Below are positions 20,764-30,324 of a stretch of DNA of 64,000 nucleotides, in pieces. A program made the translations under genes and the position numbers. Source of the stretch: a bacterium (GTDB lineage Bacteria > SAR324 > JACQKK01); assembly GCA_965240465.1 (NCBI GenBank), contig OZ251219.1, positions 480,001 to 544,000 on the forward strand. Direction: 5' to 3'. Under the pieces are notes generated by a model. The model saw only the letters and a list, made by a program, of their open reading frames with translations. It had not been told where the DNA came from and ran no database searches. How positions within the stretch are numbered: the stretch's first letter is position 1; each line of letters opens with the position of its first letter.

Positions 20764-22224
20764 ATGGGATTTTCGGTAAAAAGTTGGTCTGAGAGAGTAC
20801 GAGTAGAGGGGGGGCTGAGCCTTCTTGAAGATGAGCGAGGGCTAATACGCTTAGGGGGGGGACGCTGGCGGAAGATAGAGCACCTATTACGCGGTCGTCC
20901 CCCATTGGAGGCCGTGCAGCTAACTCAGCAAATCAGCGGTGATAGCGGAGTATCCCATGCTTTGGCAGCCCTGCGTGCCTGCGAACAGGCAATGGAGATC
21001 AAGCCCTTAGAGCAAGGCTTGCTACTACGCGAGCTACTTTATGGATTGTCTCAGTTACATGGTCATGTGCGTCATTTTTACTTTCAGGTGTTGCCAGATT
21101 ACTTGCCTGCCCGAGCCCTAAAAAGCTACCGCGGCAAAAACATCGCCCTGCTTAAGGCAGCTAAACTATATACTTCGGCTGCGGGGCAAGATAAAAAATT
21201 CACCTCTGGTTTTAGCTACCTAGAACATCAAAAATTATTAGAGCATCAGTACGATTCTCTCAACGGACTTGCCAATCTGCAACGCATGCTAGCCGTGCTA
21301 GGAGGCAAATTCCCCATGGTGATGTCCCTAGCCCCAGGCGGTCTTACTACTAAAATTGATGACCATAGCTTGTTAAGAATCAAGCGGCTGTTCAACAACC
21401 TCCCCCCGCTGGTGGAAACTCAACTGACCCCAGATATTGCCCTCTTGCTAAATAAACATCCCCTCTTAAAAATCCAAGGACAAAGCCCAATCGCATTTCT
21501 TAGCCTCGGATCCGAAAACGCCACCGTAGAACTCAATGCCGATCCATTTGCAGCCGGGATCCTCACTAATTCCAAGCTCCAACCCCTACCACTAAACTTT
21601 ATAGAAGATATCTCCCACAGCTTCTATCGCCTCTCCCGACCAAAACATATCCTGAAACCCGATCCCCAAAAAACTACCGCCTATAGCTGGATCAAAGCAC
21701 CCCGAAATCAAAATCAACCCCTCCAAGTAGGACCCCTTGCCAGACTAGCCGTCTCTAATCTCACCAGCCACAACCTCCCGAGAGGTACTCTGCTTAACGA
21801 ATTTCAAACCCTCTTTCAAAAACCACCTCACCAAATCAATAATGTCGCCGCTAGGCTGCTCGCTTGCTCCATTGAATCCCGTATACTCCTTCAGCATATC
21901 CAAAATCTGATACTCCAAATTAAACCCAACCAAAAAACCTCCGTCTCCTATCTCCCCTCGCTTAAACATCAACAAGCCTGGGGACATGCCGAAGCCCCCG
22001 CAGGTAGCATCAGCCACCACCTAGTACTTAAAAATGGACGCATCCATCACTACAACATCATCGCCCCAAGCACTTGGAACGGCTCCCCCCTTGACGATAA
22101 AAAACTCGCTGGACCCCTAGAATCAGCCCTCAATCACCGCAATACCAGACCTGACCTCACTCCCCTCACCGCCAACCGCATTATCAATAGCTTCGGCTTC
22201 AGCTCCAGCGATGCCATCCACTAA
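20764..22224 (+). CDS. [NiFe]-hydrogenase large-subunit homologue lacking Ni/Fe-binding cysteines
   Basis: RVEG, IEHLLRGRPP, YSWIKAPR, VGPLAR, EAP.G...HH, IIAPSTWN, GPLESAL; L1 reads QISGDSGVSH and L2 reads SFGFSSSDAIH*. Confidence 0.85.
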   Translation: MGFSVKSWSERVRVEGGLSLLEDERGLIRLGGGRWRKIEHLLRGRPPLEAVQLTQQISGDSGVSHALAALRACEQAMEIKPLEQGLLLRELLYGLSQLHGHVRHFYFQVLPDYLPARALKSYRGKNIALLKAAKLYTSAAGQDKKFTSGFSYLEHQKLLEHQYDSLNGLANLQRMLAVLGGKFPMVMSLAPGGLTTKIDDHSLLRIKRLFNNLPPLVETQLTPDIALLLNKHPLLKIQGQSPIAFLSLGSENATVELNADPFAAGILTNSKLQPLPLNFIEDISHSFYRLSRPKHILKPDPQKTTAYSWIKAPRNQNQPLQVGPLARLAVSNLTSHNLPRGTLLNEFQTLFQKPPHQINNVAARLLACSIESRILLQHIQNLILQIKPNQKTSVSYLPSLKHQQAWGHAEAPAGSISHHLVLKNGRIHHYNIIAPSTWNGSPLDDKKLAGPLESALNHRNTRPDLTPLTANRIINSFGFSSSDAIH

Positions 22225-22248
22225 CACCACTGCTACCCAAACCCGCTG

Positions 22249-22731
22249 ATGAACCTCATCAACCGACAACTGCTCCTCCAAATAGCTCCCCTGCGTTGGA
22301 TACTAGGACGCAAAAATACCCTCGCCCGACCATATCCCCTATACCTAGCCCTAACTGCCACCATATTCTCAGCCGAAATCATCCGTCTGGCTCGCCATAC
22401 CCTAAACTACCATACGTACCAACTCACCCTCGCCTTCCACATCCTCAGCGGTTCTCTGTTGACCATCTTCTTCATCAAGCGTATGATCCAAACGGCATAT
22501 TCCATGTCTCACCAACTCCAAAAACCAAAACCCCTCCCCCTGACCTTTAACTTAGTACTCACTCTCCTGATCCTCACTGGACTCCTGCGTACCTTCCAAC
22601 TACGAACCAACCTCAGCTTACCCAGCTGGGTCGCTCCGCTCCACGGAGCTCTAGCACCTTATATCTGGCTTCTGGTGCTTCTATTATTCAAGCAATTTTG
22701 GAGCAAATCTAAGAAATCCCATCTAAAGTGA
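22249..22731 (+). CDS. Small polytopic membrane protein, possibly cytochrome b-like partner
   Basis: About 4 hydrophobic segments with His in AFHIL and PLHGAL; 24 bp downstream of the large subunit. Confidence 0.5.
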   Translation: MNLINRQLLLQIAPLRWILGRKNTLARPYPLYLALTATIFSAEIIRLARHTLNYHTYQLTLAFHILSGSLLTIFFIKRMIQTAYSMSHQLQKPKPLPLTFNLVLTLLILTGLLRTFQLRTNLSLPSWVAPLHGALAPYIWLLVLLLFKQFWSKSKKSHLK

Positions 22732-22822
22732 ATTACCGTTTCCTTTAGAAGATAAGCTTGTTAGAGAGAGGTTTTTACTACATAGGGTAAGAGAAGGTTG
22801 TAAGCAAAGGGCATCCCTACTA

Positions 22823-22976
22823 TTCAGTACAAAGCACTTACAACTTCACGTGAATGAGTTTGCTTTTAGGCTTAATGATGGCAATGTGAAAAGACACACA
22901 ATGGAGCTGGATCAACAGCTTACTTGACGATGTTCCAGGTAGACAGTTAACCTATGAACAACTTGTGCGAGGGTAG
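22823..22976 (+). pseudogene. IS1595-family transposase C-terminal remnant (frameshifted)
   Basis: Reads FSTKHLQLHVNEFAFRLNDGNVKRHTME, then after a +1 shift INSLLDDVPGRQLTYEQLVRG*, matching the KHL..Y..EF.FR.N...GKRLTY.EL tail of IS1595 transposases. Confidence 0.75.
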
Positions 22977-23023
22977 TTCTTGCATTAAATATTAAATTAA
23001 CATAAGAAACAGGAATTTAATTA

Positions 23024-24826
23024 ATGGCTAATGAACGCAAGACTGAAAATATAGTTAGAAAACATTTCTATCAATTTTCAGATTCCATATCAATAGAAGA
23101 ACAAAGTTCTGATAACCCTAAAATTGATAAATTGCTTAGAAATGCGTCTAAAAAGGGGTTGGGTAAAGGTTATCCTGAATTTATTATTACTCATAATACT
23201 AATTCTGATTTACTAATTGTTATTGAATGTAAGGCAAATATTTTAAAGCATGAAAGTAATGATAAAGATAAATATTCTGAGTTTGCAGTTGATGGAGTTT
23301 TACTTTACGCTTCTTATTTGTCAAAAAGCTATGATGTGTTAGCTGTTGCAGTAAGTGGAGAAGAAGAATCATCATTAAGGATTTCTCATTTCCTACATCT
23401 AAAAAATGATAAAAAATCCACTAAAATTTTTGGAGGCAAACTGCTATCTGTTGATAATTATTTAAATGGATATTTGGAAAAACCAGAAAAAATAAATCAA
23501 GATTATAATACGCTTTTATACTTTACAAAAAAATTAAACAAAAAGTTACATGGTTATAAAATTCCTGAAGACAAAAGAAGCTTATTAATTAGTTCAATTT
23601 TAATCGCACTAGAAGCCAATAGTTTTAAAGAATCTTATTCTTCAGATAAGAGACCTAAAGATTTAGCTGGTAGACTTGTTCAAACTGCTACTAATGAATT
23701 AGAAAATGCTAATATCACAGGGAGGAAACTTCAATACATAAATACTGCATTTGGTTTTATAAAAGAAGATACTTCTTTATCTGAAACAGAAAATGTCTTA
23801 AAAGAAATTATTTATGACATTGATGAAAATATAAATAATTTTACCAAAAATAACAAATATACTGATGTTTTAGGACAATTCTATATTGAATTTTTAAGAT
23901 ACTCAAACAGTGATAAGGGTCTCGGGATCGTTTTAACCCCTCCACATATTACAGAATTTTTTGCAGATTTAGCACAAGTCGATAAAGATTCAATTGCTTA
24001 TGATAACTGTACAGGAACAGGCGGATTTTTAATTAGTGCTATGAAAAAAATGATTGAAGATGCAAAAGATGATGAAGAAAAAATCAAAGAAATAAAATTA
24101 AAACAACTTATTGGAACAGAATATCAACCACATATTTTTGCTTTGGCAGTTTCAAATATGTGTATCCACCAAGACGGAAAAACAAATATTACAAAGGGTA
24201 GTTGTTTTGATAAAAAAGTTATTGATGCAATAAAAAGTGAAAAGCCCACAGTCGGATTTTTAAATCCTCCTTATAAATCAAATAAAAAAGACGATACAGA
24301 CGAATTAAAATTTATTTTAAATAATTTAGATTGTTTAGTTCATGATGGAACCTGTGTTGCTATTGTGCCAATGCAAAGTGCCTTAGCGACCAGCGGTAAA
24401 GTTTTAGGATTTAAAAAGATGCTTCTTGAAAAACACACATTAGAAGCGGTTTTATCGATGCCTAATGAATTGTTTCATAATTCAAAGGTAAACGTTGTTT
24501 CTTGTGTTATGGTTTTTAGGGCCCATAAACCACATTTAGAAAACAAAAAAACATTTTTTGGTTATTTTAAAGATGATGGATTTGTTAAAACAAAAAATAG
24601 AGGTAGAGTAGATGCTGACAATAAATGGAAAGTAATAAGAGACAGATGGTTATCTGCTTACAGCAATAAAGAAAACATTACAGGTTTTAGCGTTATGCAA
24701 AAAGTAACATCACATGATGAATGGTGTGCTGAGGCTTATATGGAAACTGATTATTCAAATTTAACAGAAAAAGATTTCATTAATACAGTTAAAGAATATA
24801 TTGCTTTTAGGGTAAAGTATGGATAA
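23024..24826 (+). CDS. BcgI-like (type IIB/IIG) fused restriction endonuclease/N6-adenine methyltransferase
   Basis: ASKKGLGKGYPEF...IECK nuclease; LGIVLTPPH, YDNCTGTGGFL, LNPPY. Confidence 0.88.
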   Translation: MANERKTENIVRKHFYQFSDSISIEEQSSDNPKIDKLLRNASKKGLGKGYPEFIITHNTNSDLLIVIECKANILKHESNDKDKYSEFAVDGVLLYASYLSKSYDVLAVAVSGEEESSLRISHFLHLKNDKKSTKIFGGKLLSVDNYLNGYLEKPEKINQDYNTLLYFTKKLNKKLHGYKIPEDKRSLLISSILIALEANSFKESYSSDKRPKDLAGRLVQTATNELENANITGRKLQYINTAFGFIKEDTSLSETENVLKEIIYDIDENINNFTKNNKYTDVLGQFYIEFLRYSNSDKGLGIVLTPPHITEFFADLAQVDKDSIAYDNCTGTGGFLISAMKKMIEDAKDDEEKIKEIKLKQLIGTEYQPHIFALAVSNMCIHQDGKTNITKGSCFDKKVIDAIKSEKPTVGFLNPPYKSNKKDDTDELKFILNNLDCLVHDGTCVAIVPMQSALATSGKVLGFKKMLLEKHTLEAVLSMPNELFHNSKVNVVSCVMVFRAHKPHLENKKTFFGYFKDDGFVKTKNRGRVDADNKWKVIRDRWLSAYSNKENITGFSVMQKVTSHDEWCAEAYMETDYSNLTEKDFINTVKEYIAFRVKYG

Positions 24827-25799
24827 AAACATACCTATTAGAGAAATTTTTAGTATTCAATATGGTAATCAATTAGATTTAAACAAGCAAGTTGAGTGTA
24901 AATCTGGAATTAATTTTGTCAATCGTTCTAATAAAAATTTAGGCATATCTACCAAGATTAAAAAGATTGAGGGTATTGAGCCTTTTGAAAAAGGCTTGAT
25001 TACTGTTGCACTAGGTGGGAGCATATTGTCTGCTTTTGTGCAACCATGTCAGTTTTATACAGGACAAAATGTAAAAATTTTAAAACCAAGAGAACCAATA
25101 GATGAAAGTATTAAAATATTTTACTGTATGTGTATATCTCAAAATGCCTATAGATATAGTGCTTTCGGCAGAGAAGCAAATAAAACATTTGATAATTTAT
25201 TAGTCCCACATTCTGATGAATGTAAAAAAATAATTGCTAATTATTCAACACCTAAACAACCATCAGAAAAACCATGTTTAGAAAATAAAGGTCTTAGTCT
25301 ATGGGATAGAGAATGGAGATATTTTAATTTATGTGAATTATTTAATATAAGTGGGTCAAGGAGTTTTACAAAAAAAGAAATTCAAGAATATGGAATAGGG
25401 AATTACCCTTATGTAGTCACTTCGTCAGAAAATAATGGGACAGAAGGCTTTTATAATAAATGTACTGAAAAAGGGAATGTTCTTACTATAGATAGTGCTA
25501 CTGTAGGTAGTTGTTTTTACCAACCTATAGATTTCTCAGCTTCAGATCATGTAGAAAAATTGATACCTAAATTTAGTATGAATGTATTTATTGCACTATT
25601 TTTGCGAACGACTATAAATCTAGAAAGAATCAGATATGGATATGGGAGGAAATTTGCACAAATGAGGATAAAAAATACAAGGATCAAACTTCCAGTCAAA
25701 GAAAGAAAAAAAGAAGCTTACGACCCCGATTGGCAATTTATGGAAGATTATATAAAAGCATTACCTTACAGTAGCAATCTGCAAATTGATGAGTTTTGA
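24819..25799 (+). CDS. R-M specificity (S) subunit with two TRDs
   Basis: Two repeated TRD halves (RYSAFGRE / RYGYGRK), PDWQFMEDYIK; overlaps the RM gene. Confidence 0.85.
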   Translation: MDKNIPIREIFSIQYGNQLDLNKQVECKSGINFVNRSNKNLGISTKIKKIEGIEPFEKGLITVALGGSILSAFVQPCQFYTGQNVKILKPREPIDESIKIFYCMCISQNAYRYSAFGREANKTFDNLLVPHSDECKKIIANYSTPKQPSEKPCLENKGLSLWDREWRYFNLCELFNISGSRSFTKKEIQEYGIGNYPYVVTSSENNGTEGFYNKCTEKGNVLTIDSATVGSCFYQPIDFSASDHVEKLIPKFSMNVFIALFLRTTINLERIRYGYGRKFAQMRIKNTRIKLPVKERKKEAYDPDWQFMEDYIKALPYSSNLQIDEF

Positions 25800-25903
25800 G
25801 GCGTTAGTTCAAGAAAATATTTTTGGAATAAGCGACTGATATCTATGATATTTGTCTTTGTTTTGTATATTTATTTTGGTGTCAAGTATATAGTTCCCTT
25901 TTT

Positions 25904-26788
25904 TTATTGTTGCCAGATTCGTTTCCAGAAGGCGGAGATGGCTGGGCGGTGTTGTGTGGCTTGTTTGGGGTATTGCTGGTGGATATTATGGGCGATTTGT
26001 TGAATATGCAGGCTAGCGGCTGAATGAGGGAATAGTTTAAGTAGGGGTTGTCTATTACGTACTGCGGTAGGGATGGCGGTATCTTGGGGGATATGCCCTA
26101 GCAGGGGGAGAGGTATGTTGAGGAATTGGAAGCAGGCTTGTTGCATTTTTTGGTGTACGTGTTTAGTTTCTTGAGGAGAGCGGGATTGGTTGATGATGAG
26201 TGAGAATTGGGTTTTGTGATGTTGGAGTCGGAGGAGTTTAATAAGGGCATAGGCATCTGTAAAAGAAGTTGGTTCTGGTGTAGTCACCACGATGATTTGG
26301 TCGGCGGCGGCGTTGAATTGGAGTACCTGAGGAGAGATACCGGCGGCGGTATCTAGTATCCAGTCATCGGTGTTCCAGGGTATTTGGGCGAGGTTTTGGA
26401 GCAAGCGAGTTTGTCCTTCAGTTTCTAGTTGTACGAGTTGATTAATTCCTGAGGCTGAGGGCAGGATTTTAATACCACTGGGTCCATTGAGGGCAATATC
26501 TGCGAGGGACAATTTACCATTGAAGGTATCTTCTAGGGTATATTTTGGTTGTATTCCGAGCAGGATGGGTATATTGGCGAGTCCGATATCAAGATCTATC
26601 AGGGTGATTTGTCTTTTAAGTTTAGCTAGTGCGATTGCTAGATTAAGGGCGAGGTTGCTTTTACCGACTCCTCCTTTGCCGCTGGCGATGGAAATAACTC
26701 TTCCTTTTATGGCTGGGCTGGGTGCTAGCGATGCGTGAATACGCCTAAGACTGGTGGCTTGGTCTGCAGACATCAGGGATTGGTGCAT
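25904..26788 (-). CDS. flhG: Flagellar number regulator, MinD-like ATPase FlhG/FleN
   Basis: DQATSLR, SGKGGVGKS, TPEPTSFTDAYALIK. Confidence 0.92.
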   Translation of the reverse strand: MHQSLMSADQATSLRRIHASLAPSPAIKGRVISIASGKGGVGKSNLALNLAIALAKLKRQITLIDLDIGLANIPILLGIQPKYTLEDTFNGKLSLADIALNGPSGIKILPSASGINQLVQLETEGQTRLLQNLAQIPWNTDDWILDTAAGISPQVLQFNAAADQIIVVTTPEPTSFTDAYALIKLLRLQHHKTQFSLIINQSRSPQETKHVHQKMQQACFQFLNIPLPLLGHIPQDTAIPTAVRNRQPLLKLFPHSAASLHIQQIAHNIHQQYPKQATQHRPAISAFWKRIWQQ

Positions 26789-26861
26789 TTGATCAGAGGT
26801 GACGACAAGTTTTATGGATGATATTTATGCTTAGCATCCTCTAGTCCGCGTGGGGGTATTT

Positions 26862-27123
26862 TAGCGGTGTTTTTTGGCAGTGTCCTCTTGGCAGCGTTCT
26901 TTTGATGGTGTTCTCTCGGCAGTGTTCCCTCGGCAGTGTCCTCTTGGCAGTGTTTTTTTGATGGTGTTCTCTCAGCAGTGTTCTTTTGGCAGTGTTCTTT
27001 TGGCAGTGTTCTTTTGGCAGTGTCCTCTTGACAGCGTTATCTCGGCAGCGTTCTCTCAGCAGTGTCCTCTCGGCAGCGTTCTCTTGACAGCGTTCGCAGT
27101 GTCCTCTTGGCAGCGTTTTCTCG
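26862..27123. repeat. Degenerate ~15-16-bp tandem repeat between flhF and flhG
   Basis: Units of (g)gcagtgt[tc]ct[ct]tt / cagcgttctctc. Confidence 0.9.
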
Positions 27124-27166
27124 GATAGGGCGTGGTCGGAAACTCAGAGTAGTAGCTTTATCAATT

Positions 27167-28660
27167 TCAAGCTTCGCTGGAGATTTGAAGTAGTAAGTCA
27201 ATCAATCTTTCTGGGGTAGCTATTTCCATATCTTCGGGTACTCGCTGACCGGTGGTCAGGTAGTTAATGGGCAGTTTGAAACGAATAAAGTGATTAAACA
27301 GTGAGCCGCAATGCATACATTCATCCAATTTGGTGAACAAGACCGATTTTAGAGGCAGGCAACCAAATTTGCGGGTAGTATCAATGAGTTCGGCATCTTT
27401 GGTGGTAGCACTGAGTACCAGACAGATGTCCAGCTGGGGATTATTTTGGAACATTCCCTTTAGTTCTTTCATCTGGGGGAGATCACTTTGCGAGCGACCT
27501 GCGGTATCAACCAGTACCACATCGTAGCTTTGGAACTCTTCCAGAGCTCGGTGTAAATCAGTGCGATCTCTCACCACCGATAATGGCAGATTCATTATCT
27601 TGGCATAGGCTTTTAACTGCTCTAAGGCTCCTATCCTGAAGGTGTCCACCGTTATCAAAGCCGTCTTACGCTTATAGCGTAGCACTTGCTCGCTCGCTAG
27701 CTTAGCCACCGTGGTCGTTTTTCCCACCCCCGTACAACCCACCAACACCAACACCTTCTCACCCGATAAACCACCAGTGGTCTTCACTAAACTAGTTAAC
27801 ATCCGTGCCAAAAAAATCTTTACATAAGTGAAATCTTCTCGCTTTTCAGGCGGTAATCGTTTGGCAGCCTGCTCTACCAAACGCTTAGCAAATTTCTCCT
27901 CCAAACCATGAACCACCAAATGCTGCTGCAAACCCATTAAGGTCTCTGGTAAATCCAAACCCACCTTCAAACCCCCTCCCTGCAACGCTTGCACTGCCTG
28001 CCGCATATCTGTTAACTCATGGTGCAACTGACGCATTGCATGACCTCCCAGTCCCTCCTCCTCCTTCACCACTTTTAGCAACTGCTTCAACTGATGAACT
28101 TCACTACATAAACCTCGCAAAACCGAATCCCGCTCCGCCATGCCTGACCGAACAACTTGATCACTAACTTCTACCACCCTCGCTGACCCCCCTCCATCTC
28201 CCCTTCCTCCAAACGAAGTACCCCCACTTGACCCCTCCTGACCTGCCCCCTCCTGACCTGCCCCCTCCTGACCTGCCCCCTCCTGACCTGCCCCCTCCTG
28301 ACCTGACCCCTCGCCAGACGCTCCCCCACCTGCTCTCCCATTTGCTCCCTCGCCAGATGCTCCCCCACCTGCTCTCCCATTTGCCCCCTCAACCACTCCC
28401 TCCTTTTCCTTCGCCGCACTCCCCTCTGCCAATCCTACTGCCTCCCTCTCCATATCAAAACGACCAACCCCCCTCGACTCACCAACACCCCCTTCTTCAG
28501 GCCTCACCGCAGCTACCTCCCATAACTGACGCCTCAAAAACGGAATCCCCACTCTCCGCAACTGACGAGTAGATAAAATCAGGGCATCCCCACCCAAATC
28601 CTGACGGGTTTTTTGCAGGGCTTCCCGCATGTCAGCCCCTCGATAGTGCTTCACACCCAT
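27167..28660 (-). CDS. flhF: SRP-type GTPase FlhF
   Basis: LGGDALILS N-terminus, GCTGVGKTTT, DTFRIGA, DTAGRS, TKLDE, GQRVPED. Confidence 0.93.
   Translation of the reverse strand: MGVKHYRGADMREALQKTRQDLGGDALILSTRQLRRVGIPFLRRQLWEVAAVRPEEGGVGESRGVGRFDMEREAVGLAEGSAAKEKEGVVEGANGRAGGGASGEGANGRAGGGASGEGSGQEGAGQEGAGQEGAGQEGAGQEGSSGGTSFGGRGDGGGSARVVEVSDQVVRSGMAERDSVLRGLCSEVHQLKQLLKVVKEEEGLGGHAMRQLHHELTDMRQAVQALQGGGLKVGLDLPETLMGLQQHLVVHGLEEKFAKRLVEQAAKRLPPEKREDFTYVKIFLARMLTSLVKTTGGLSGEKVLVLVGCTGVGKTTTVAKLASEQVLRYKRKTALITVDTFRIGALEQLKAYAKIMNLPLSVVRDRTDLHRALEEFQSYDVVLVDTAGRSQSDLPQMKELKGMFQNNPQLDICLVLSATTKDAELIDTTRKFGCLPLKSVLFTKLDECMHCGSLFNHFIRFKLPINYLTTGQRVPEDMEIATPERLIDLLLQISSEA
28230..28389. repeat. 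In-frame repeats in the flhF linker (15 bp x5, 39 bp x2)
   Basis: Encodes GQEGA x5 and EGANGRAGGGASG x2. Confidence 0.9.
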
Positions 28661-28790
28661 ATCTCATACCTTCCTTAGCATTGACACATCCACACACCTA
28701 GTAATGACTACCAATGCCTCCTTGACATTGTCTGGATACCAGATCGTCATCGTATAACATAAGTGCCTGCTATCACAAATTAATCCTTCC

Positions 28791-29639
28791 TTAATTCCAT
28801 CGGGAAAAGATCGGTGGCTGGTCGTTGGATATCTTGCCGATTTGTTGTTCTTCCAGCCAAGGGGGAGCTAAATGGAGGGTGCTATGCTGGTGGTGGAAGG
28901 TCTTCGCCCGATGGAAGTGTCCGATGACGAAATGGGAGATATGAGCAGGTATCCACTCGGTGAAGGTTTGGATTTCTGACTGGGGAAAATTAGACTCGGA
29001 GGAAAAATTAGGGGAAACAATATATTTTTTCATTCTGTCGGTGATTGCCTTGGCCATCCATGCTGGAGTGCGATTAAAAATTGCTTGGACTAAGCGGGAA
29101 TTGCTCAGGTAACGGGTGATGAGATGAGGATGATCATGGTGCCTGATGAGGTCTCCATGGGTAAATCCGTAGGTAGTATTCTGCCAGCGGATGATCATCA
29201 TGCCAGTGGTGAGGGCTTCAAAGGGAAGCCAGAGAGTAGGCTGATTAGGCATGAGGTGGTCTCTATTACCACTTACACACCAGATTCGGACTCCCTGCCT
29301 TTTAAGTTGCCAAAGAGCCTTGATTACTTGGTGATTTTCTGGAGTCCAAAAGCGTGGATTGGCGATCCAAAGATGGAATAGATCTCCCAGTAGTAAAAGG
29401 GCATCGGGTTGTTTAAGTTGAGAGAGCATGCGGATGAAGGGCTGGATTGGTGCTTTGGGGCAGCCTAAGTGAGAGTCGGTGACTAAATATAAATTGCCCC
29501 GACCTTCTAGGAACAAGGCTTTATTGAGCATTTCTTGCCAGTTAGGTTGCCAAGGTAACCAGTTTGATAAAGGTCTGATGTTTATCAAGGGTGTTTTATC
29601 AGGAATGAATGGGAGATTAGGGTTGATATTGGTTATCAC
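28791..29639 (-). CDS. lpxH: UDP-2,3-diacylglucosamine hydrolase-like metallophosphoesterase
   Basis: DSHLG, LLGDLFHLW, GNRD, HGD, GHFH. Confidence 0.72.
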   Translation of the reverse strand: MITNINPNLPFIPDKTPLINIRPLSNWLPWQPNWQEMLNKALFLEGRGNLYLVTDSHLGCPKAPIQPFIRMLSQLKQPDALLLLGDLFHLWIANPRFWTPENHQVIKALWQLKRQGVRIWCVSGNRDHLMPNQPTLWLPFEALTTGMMIIRWQNTTYGFTHGDLIRHHDHPHLITRYLSNSRLVQAIFNRTPAWMAKAITDRMKKYIVSPNFSSESNFPQSEIQTFTEWIPAHISHFVIGHFHRAKTFHHQHSTLHLAPPWLEEQQIGKISNDQPPIFSRWN

Positions 29640-29665
29640 AAATTAATGATAGACAGAAAGATTAT

Positions 29666-29896
29666 AAATGGCATTGCTTACGACACTGCTTATGCGACAA
29701 ATGGCATTGCTTACGACACTGCTTATGCGACAAATGACATTGCTTACGACACTGCTTATGCGACAAATGGCACTGCTTACGACACTGCCTATGCGACAAA
29801 TGACATTGCTTACGACACTGCCTATGCGACAAATGACATTGCTTACGACACTGCCTATGCGACAAATGGCATTGCTTACGACACTGCCTATGCGAT
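29666..29896. repeat. 33-bp tandem repeat x7
   Basis: aaatg[ga]ca[tc]tgcttacgacactgc[tc]tatgcgac, contiguous with no spacers. Confidence 0.95.
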
Positions 29897-29907
29897 GACA
29901 TTGCTTA

Positions 29908-29923
29908 TGGCACTGCTTATGCA
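29908..29923 (+). promoter_or_regulatory. Putative sigma54 -24/-12 promoter
   Basis: TGGCACTGCTTATGCA has exact GG-N10-GC spacing and lies about 130 nt upstream of ORF 30056. Confidence 0.5.
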
Positions 29924-30055
29924 TAAAAGATTGACAGAGTTTCTCATAACGTCCTTAGTTTTGGATTGATTAGATGCTCTTCTTTTATCAGCGGGAGGTT
30001 GTTTGTCTTCCGTCGCATGCAGCGAACATGTGGCACGAAGCCATAAGGAGATAAC

Positions 30056-30286
30056 ATGATTGAAGCAACGGTTCGAAAGATATGTCATCAGTTAGAACAG
30101 CAGGTCGGTCAAAACATGACTTTTGCCCAGGTATTTAGCTCTTTGGAGAAGCAAGTTGTATCTCCGAGGGAAATGGTGGTGTTGGAGGTCGTGCGGGAAG
30201 CCTGTAAGGAACTCGCAGAGGAACGAGCACAGAATGAATTGTCCCTCCAGCGGCAGACTACCCCTCTCACTGCGGTGGGCATGTAA
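30056..30286 (+). CDS. Small hypothetical protein (76 aa)
   Basis: Strong RBS TAAGGAG before ATG; helical, protein-like composition. Confidence 0.65.
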   Translation: MIEATVRKICHQLEQQVGQNMTFAQVFSSLEKQVVSPREMVVLEVVREACKELAEERAQNELSLQRQTTPLTAVGM

Positions 30287-30324
30287 TTCTGCGGGCATGT
30301 TCCGGGTACTTAACGATGGGCTGC

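Noticed and set aside
20764-22224. Selenocysteine recoding or a functional [NiFeSe] hydrogenase
   Set aside because: There is no in-frame TGA at L2. The ligand positions are Ser or Asp codons and the ORF ends in TAA.
29666-29896. 33-bp repeats as a CRISPR array
   Set aside because: Units are contiguous with no unique spacers, and there are no cas genes.
29643-29969. Repeat-peptide ORFs (YDTAYATN, HRQCRKQC and similar)
   Set aside because: These are by-products of the 33-bp array with no RBS or domain support.
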